A stretch of 64,000 nt of DNA, taken from the human T2T-CHM13v2.0 reference genome, Homo sapiens. Under the pieces are notes generated by a model. That model was not told where the DNA came from and ran no database searches. It worked only from the letters and a program-made list of their open reading frames with translations. Both the position numbers and the translations under genes were made by a program. Positions 59,906-64,000 of this stretch are shown one piece after another. Position 1 is the first letter of the stretch; every line of letters begins with the position of its first letter. Where the stretch lies: assembly GCF_009914755.1 (NCBI RefSeq), contig NC_060926.1; one strand, 5' to 3'.

Positions 59906-61679
59906 GACACAGGGTGACTTGTTAGTAAAGGTGACCTTGCTGCCAGTCATCTCTCTTTGTTCTGCATGGTGTAAGTTGTGCTGAGAAGACTAGAACCCAA
60001 CTTACTTCATCCACAAGGTAAATGCTCCACTACAAGCCTCTCTCCCCTACCTAATGTACCCACCTACTCCAAGTGGCTTCTGTCCATGGAGATTTGGCCT
60101 CACTTGTGGTTCAGGCTTGAGAGGTGTTGCTATTTGTGCCTAGTCTCCTGAGTCATCCTCTCCCCTAGAGCCCCCATAGTTAATACATTTTGTAACTACT
60201 TGTCCCCTTTGCTTTTCTTTGTTATACTAATTTGGTGTTTGGGTTTTGAAGTTAACATCAAAAGAAATAAAGCCTAATAGTTAAGAATTACTTTTTAAGC
60301 AAGAGGAAAAACACTGCTGAGAAAGGAGGGGGGAGCATGAGAGATACCCTAAAATCATTTGCCATAATTTTCTCCTGCACACGTTTCAGTGAGTGTATTT
60401 TCTGGCTGTACAGATGATGAAATAATTAAGGTCTAAAAAGTGGACTGTCTAGAAGGAATTACCAATGTTACCTGTCTGCAATAAAACTAGATGCATTTTG
60501 GAATCACATTCGTGGAGTGTAGAGTAATAAGAGGCTCTGAAAGCTTGTGAAGTAAATAATAAGGCAAATTATTTTTTGTTATTTTCTTTCCCAGCCCCCA
60601 AACTGGTCTTCGGCCTCTCGTGATGTTTTGTTTCCTTGGAGGCAGGGTTAGTTGGGGGACAGTCCCTCCACTGGTGGAATCCTGCACACAGCAACAGACA
60701 GGCTTGGGGAGAGCCTCTCTCTCTGGCCTAAGGAGAGGCCTGGTTGGTGTGGTTGCCAGCACCTCCTGGTTTGCCTATAATAGGTGGCTTAGTCACCTCT
60801 GGAGCACACACTCTACCCTACTTGAAAATATAGGAGAGGGGAAAAGCATGCTGTTAGAGAAGAAGTTAAAACTCCATTTCAGTAAATGCCATGGCAGCTC
60901 ACCACATTCCATGGGATCTTCCTCACTGACCAGGTCTGTTGATCAAGAAATCATTTGTAGTGAGCACACTGTGTCTTCCTAGGGCCTGTACCACCTCAGG
61001 GACTTTCATAAAATAAGCACTTGGTAAAATCTGTGCAAGGAATGAATGGCAATTGAATTTTGGTTCACTCTAATCTACTCTCAGGATATTCATTTTTTCA
61101 CACCTTCATTCACTCACTCATTTATTTATCCATTCAACAAATATATGCTAACCATATAGTCCATGCCAGGTGCTATTCTAGCTGTTGGGGATAGAGTGGT
61201 GGATAGGACAGGTTTGTGATCTCACAGATCTATAGTTTAGGGAGAGAGACAGACAACAGACCAGGAAGCAAATACAGATAGGGAGAGGTGCACAGAGGAA
61301 AGTAAGACAAGGGGTGTGGGAACAAATGACTGGAGATGGTGCTAATTTGGATTGGGGGGTGGGGCTCAGGGAAGGCTGCAGAGGTGATATGAATGAAATT
61401 TGAGAAGATTTAAATAAAAAGAAAGGTCCAAGAATGCAAATTTCTGGGTAGAGTGGTCCAGGGAGGAACACCAGGGAGTGTCCTAAGGTAGAAGTGTGTT
61501 TGATGTGTTCAAGGAACCCAGAGAAAGCCAGAGAATCAGGGGGACTGGGATGAAATGAGATGAGAGAAAGACAGGGTGGACCACTGGGAAGGGTCTAACT
61601 TACTGCAACTGCAGTAGGAAGCAGTGGAGGCTCAAGGCAGGAAGCATGATGGTGAAATTTATCCTTGTTTAAAATCAAT

Positions 61680-62461
61680 CCAGATTTTAAGTGGATAAAC
61701 AAATTATCATGTATCCATAGAATGGAATATATGATAGAGAAAACGAATGGGCCATAAATCTGTATTCATAGCAATATGGATAAATCTTAAAAACATATCC
61801 TCCAGTGAAAGATGCAAGTCACAGAAGAACAAGGCCAGGCACAGTGGCTCATGCCTATAATCCCAGCATTTTGGGAGGCCGAGGCAGGCTTGAGGTCCGG
61901 AGTTTGAGACCAGCCTGGCCAATATGGTGAAACCCTGTCTCTACTAAAAATGCAAAAAAAAAAAAAAAAAAAAAAAATTAGCCAGGCATGGTGGCGTGTG
62001 CCTGTAATTCCAGCTAGTGAAGAGGCTGAGCCCGGAGAATCACTTGAACCCAGGAGGCAGAGGTGGCAGGGAGCCAAGATCACGCCACTGCACTCCAGCC
62101 TGAGCAACAGAGTAAGACTCTGTCTCCAAAAAAAAAAAAAAAAAAAAAAAATTAAAAGTCACAGAAGAAGATACACAGCATTATCTCATTTATGTAAAGT
62201 TCAAAAGCAGACTGAGGTAAACTATACATTTTGGAGGAGCAATTTGGGTTCACTAAAATATGACAATAAGTAGCCTCCTTCTTTAGTATTTCCATGTGAT
62301 ATAAATGGAGAGCAAAAGGACTGTGCTGATAAGAAAATACCTTAAAACTTAGGAGAGTGGACACCCCAGATGAGGGGAATGGAATGAGGTGGGAGGGGAG
62401 AAGATGATTGAGAGGTATTTGAATCTCATCTGTGATTTTTCAATTTTACCTTCATAATGCA
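61680..62461 (+). mobile_element. Old L1M 3'UTR fragment, interrupted by an Alu
   Basis: 'agtggataaacaaatt..gtatccatagaatggaatat...atggataaatcttaaaaacata..agtgaaagatgcaagtcacagaa'. Confidence 0.75.
61833..62151 (+). mobile_element. Alu (AluSx/Sz-like) with an expanded central A-linker
   Basis: A24 in the linker (61954-61977), 3' A-tail, TSD AAGTCACAGAAGAA at 61816-61829 and 62156-62169. Confidence 0.95.
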
Positions 62462-62909
62462 TGTATTAGTTTCCTCTGGCTGCAGTAACAAATTACTACA
62501 ACTTGTTGGTTTGAAACAGTACGTATTTATTCTCTCTCAGTTCTGGAGGCCAGAGGTCTGAGATCAGTTTCATGGGGCAGAAGTCAAGGTGCTGATAGGG
62601 AAATCTGTTCCTTGCCTCCTCCAGCTTCCTGTGGCTGCCAGCATCCTTGACTGGGGTCTGTATTGCCCCAATCTCTACCTCTGTGGTCACACTGCTGCTT
62701 CCTCTTATGTGTGTGTAATATCCCCCTGTCTTTCTCTCACCAGGACACTTGTGATGCCATTTCAGGCCCTCCAGGTAATCCAGGGTCATCCCTCCAATAC
62801 AGGATCCTTTCACATCTGCAAAGACCCTTTTTCCAAATGAGATCACATTTACAGGAGCAGGGCTTAAGACATGGATTATCTTTTGGGGGCTTATTTTCAG
62901 ACGACCACA
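62462..62909 (-). mobile_element. MLT1C/D-like MaLR solo LTR
   Basis: TGTATTAGTTTCC...GACCACA termini, 'tttattctctctcagttctggaggccagagg', TSD ATGCA/GTGCA. Confidence 0.9.
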
Positions 62910-63749
62910 GTGCATTTATGTGCTTGTTGTATAATTAAAAAGAAAAGGTACTTTTTGAAGGGTGAGTAGAAAACAATGCCCCTGGCTGCTGGGCAAAGAC
63001 TGTGTAGAAGGTGATTGGATTTGTCTAGGTGGGATGGGGCAGCAGCCTGGATTAAGGAGGTGGCAACAGAGATGACAAGAGTGAATGGAATCAAGATACA
63101 GTCTGGAGATAGTTTTTAGGAGTGGCTGGTGGGTCAAATGTAGAGAAAGAGGGGCATAGGAGGAGACAAGAATGACTTTTAAGTTTATGGCTTGGTAAAG
63201 AGAGGTGCCATATGCTGAGTTGAGAAACTCACAGGTAACTTCAGCTACGTCATACTTGCCAAATGCTAAATATATTTTCTGCCTTTTGAAAAATGATCAA
63301 AATTACTAAACCAAGAGTGTTTAGAATGTTAATAATTGAGTGGTTTCTCATTTGGAGCTATCAAGATCTGGGAAAGAGATTTAGTAGGATCACAAGGAAG
63401 ACGAAATGTTTAGCCCATGGTTTGTAGAGCACCTAGCTCCTTCAGCAAATTGTGTGACACAACGAAGCATTAGAGACAATGACTGCCTGAATGACAGCAA
63501 ATGGAAATGAGCCGAATTGGGTTCTGAGGTCTGGGTACGTGGGTGTAACTCCCCTGCACCTGACCACTGATATTTGCTGTCTCCATAGTGACTGGAGCTC
63601 TTATGTGATAGCTTCCACCTGTATACACAACTATAAGACAAAAGAATATTCTATATGCATCTTTTCACTTTTCCCCCAAATAGCAATAACACTCTTTATG
63701 GAAAACAAACGGTTTTATTTTACAAATACTGAACTGCTCTTTGGCCTAC

Positions 63750-63900
63750 CAGAGACTTGGAGTCAGAAGACACTGGTTGCAGATCTGCCACTTGCCATGT
63801 GACCCTGGGCTTGTTACCCAATCTCTCCAGGTCTGTGTTTCCTCCTGGGATTGTGGTGAAGGTCAGAGTATGTGCTCAGTAAATGTCTGATATTACTACT
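63750..63900 (+). mobile_element. MIR
   Basis: 'tggagtcagaaga...tctgccacttgccatgtgaccctgggc...tctgtgtttcctc'. Confidence 0.75.
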
Positions 63901-64000
63901 ATTACCAGCTTGGTTTCATAGGCTTTGGATGTCTCCTGGTAGTTTACTTTTATTTGGAAATGTTAAAATATAACATTTCCTTTATAATAAAAACAAGCCA

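Larger units (their letters stand above)
61105..63230 (-). mobile_element. L2 element (61105-61675 and ~62980-63230) split by nested insertions
   Basis: 'cattcactcactcatatttatttatccattcaacaaatat...atgccaggtgctattctag'. Resumes with 'ctggctgctg...tggatt...ggaggagacaagaatgacttttaagttt'. Confidence 0.75.

Overview
This window is primate (human-like) nuclear DNA, intergenic or deep intronic. I can support no host protein-coding exon, RNA gene, CpG island or CRISPR array. The dominant feature is a full-length (~6.15 kb) but ORF-disrupted minus-strand LINE-1 (L1PA4-like, 5868-12015, 13-bp TSD). The rest is a dense, often nested fossil record: 8 Alus, several MaLR/ERVL/ERV1 solo LTRs, hAT and Tc-mariner MITEs, old L1M/HAL1, L2, L3/CR1 and MIR fragments, and microsatellites. 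Apart from the L1 fragments and one CR1 remnant, the supplied ORFs look like repeat-derived or chance ORFs. I did not find a convincing new multi-gene system. The most unusual signals are: (1) a 147-bp polyadenylated ERV-LTR fragment retrocopied by L1 machinery, with a 12-bp TSD; (2) a ~130-bp non-tandem direct duplication with a stuttered junction; (3) a palindromic CTCF-like site; (4) two small palindrome-containing duplications; (5) a few repeat-free, motif-rich enhancer candidates. Repeat subfamily names come from recalled consensus sequences, not from a database search. Boundaries of ancient repeats are approximate.
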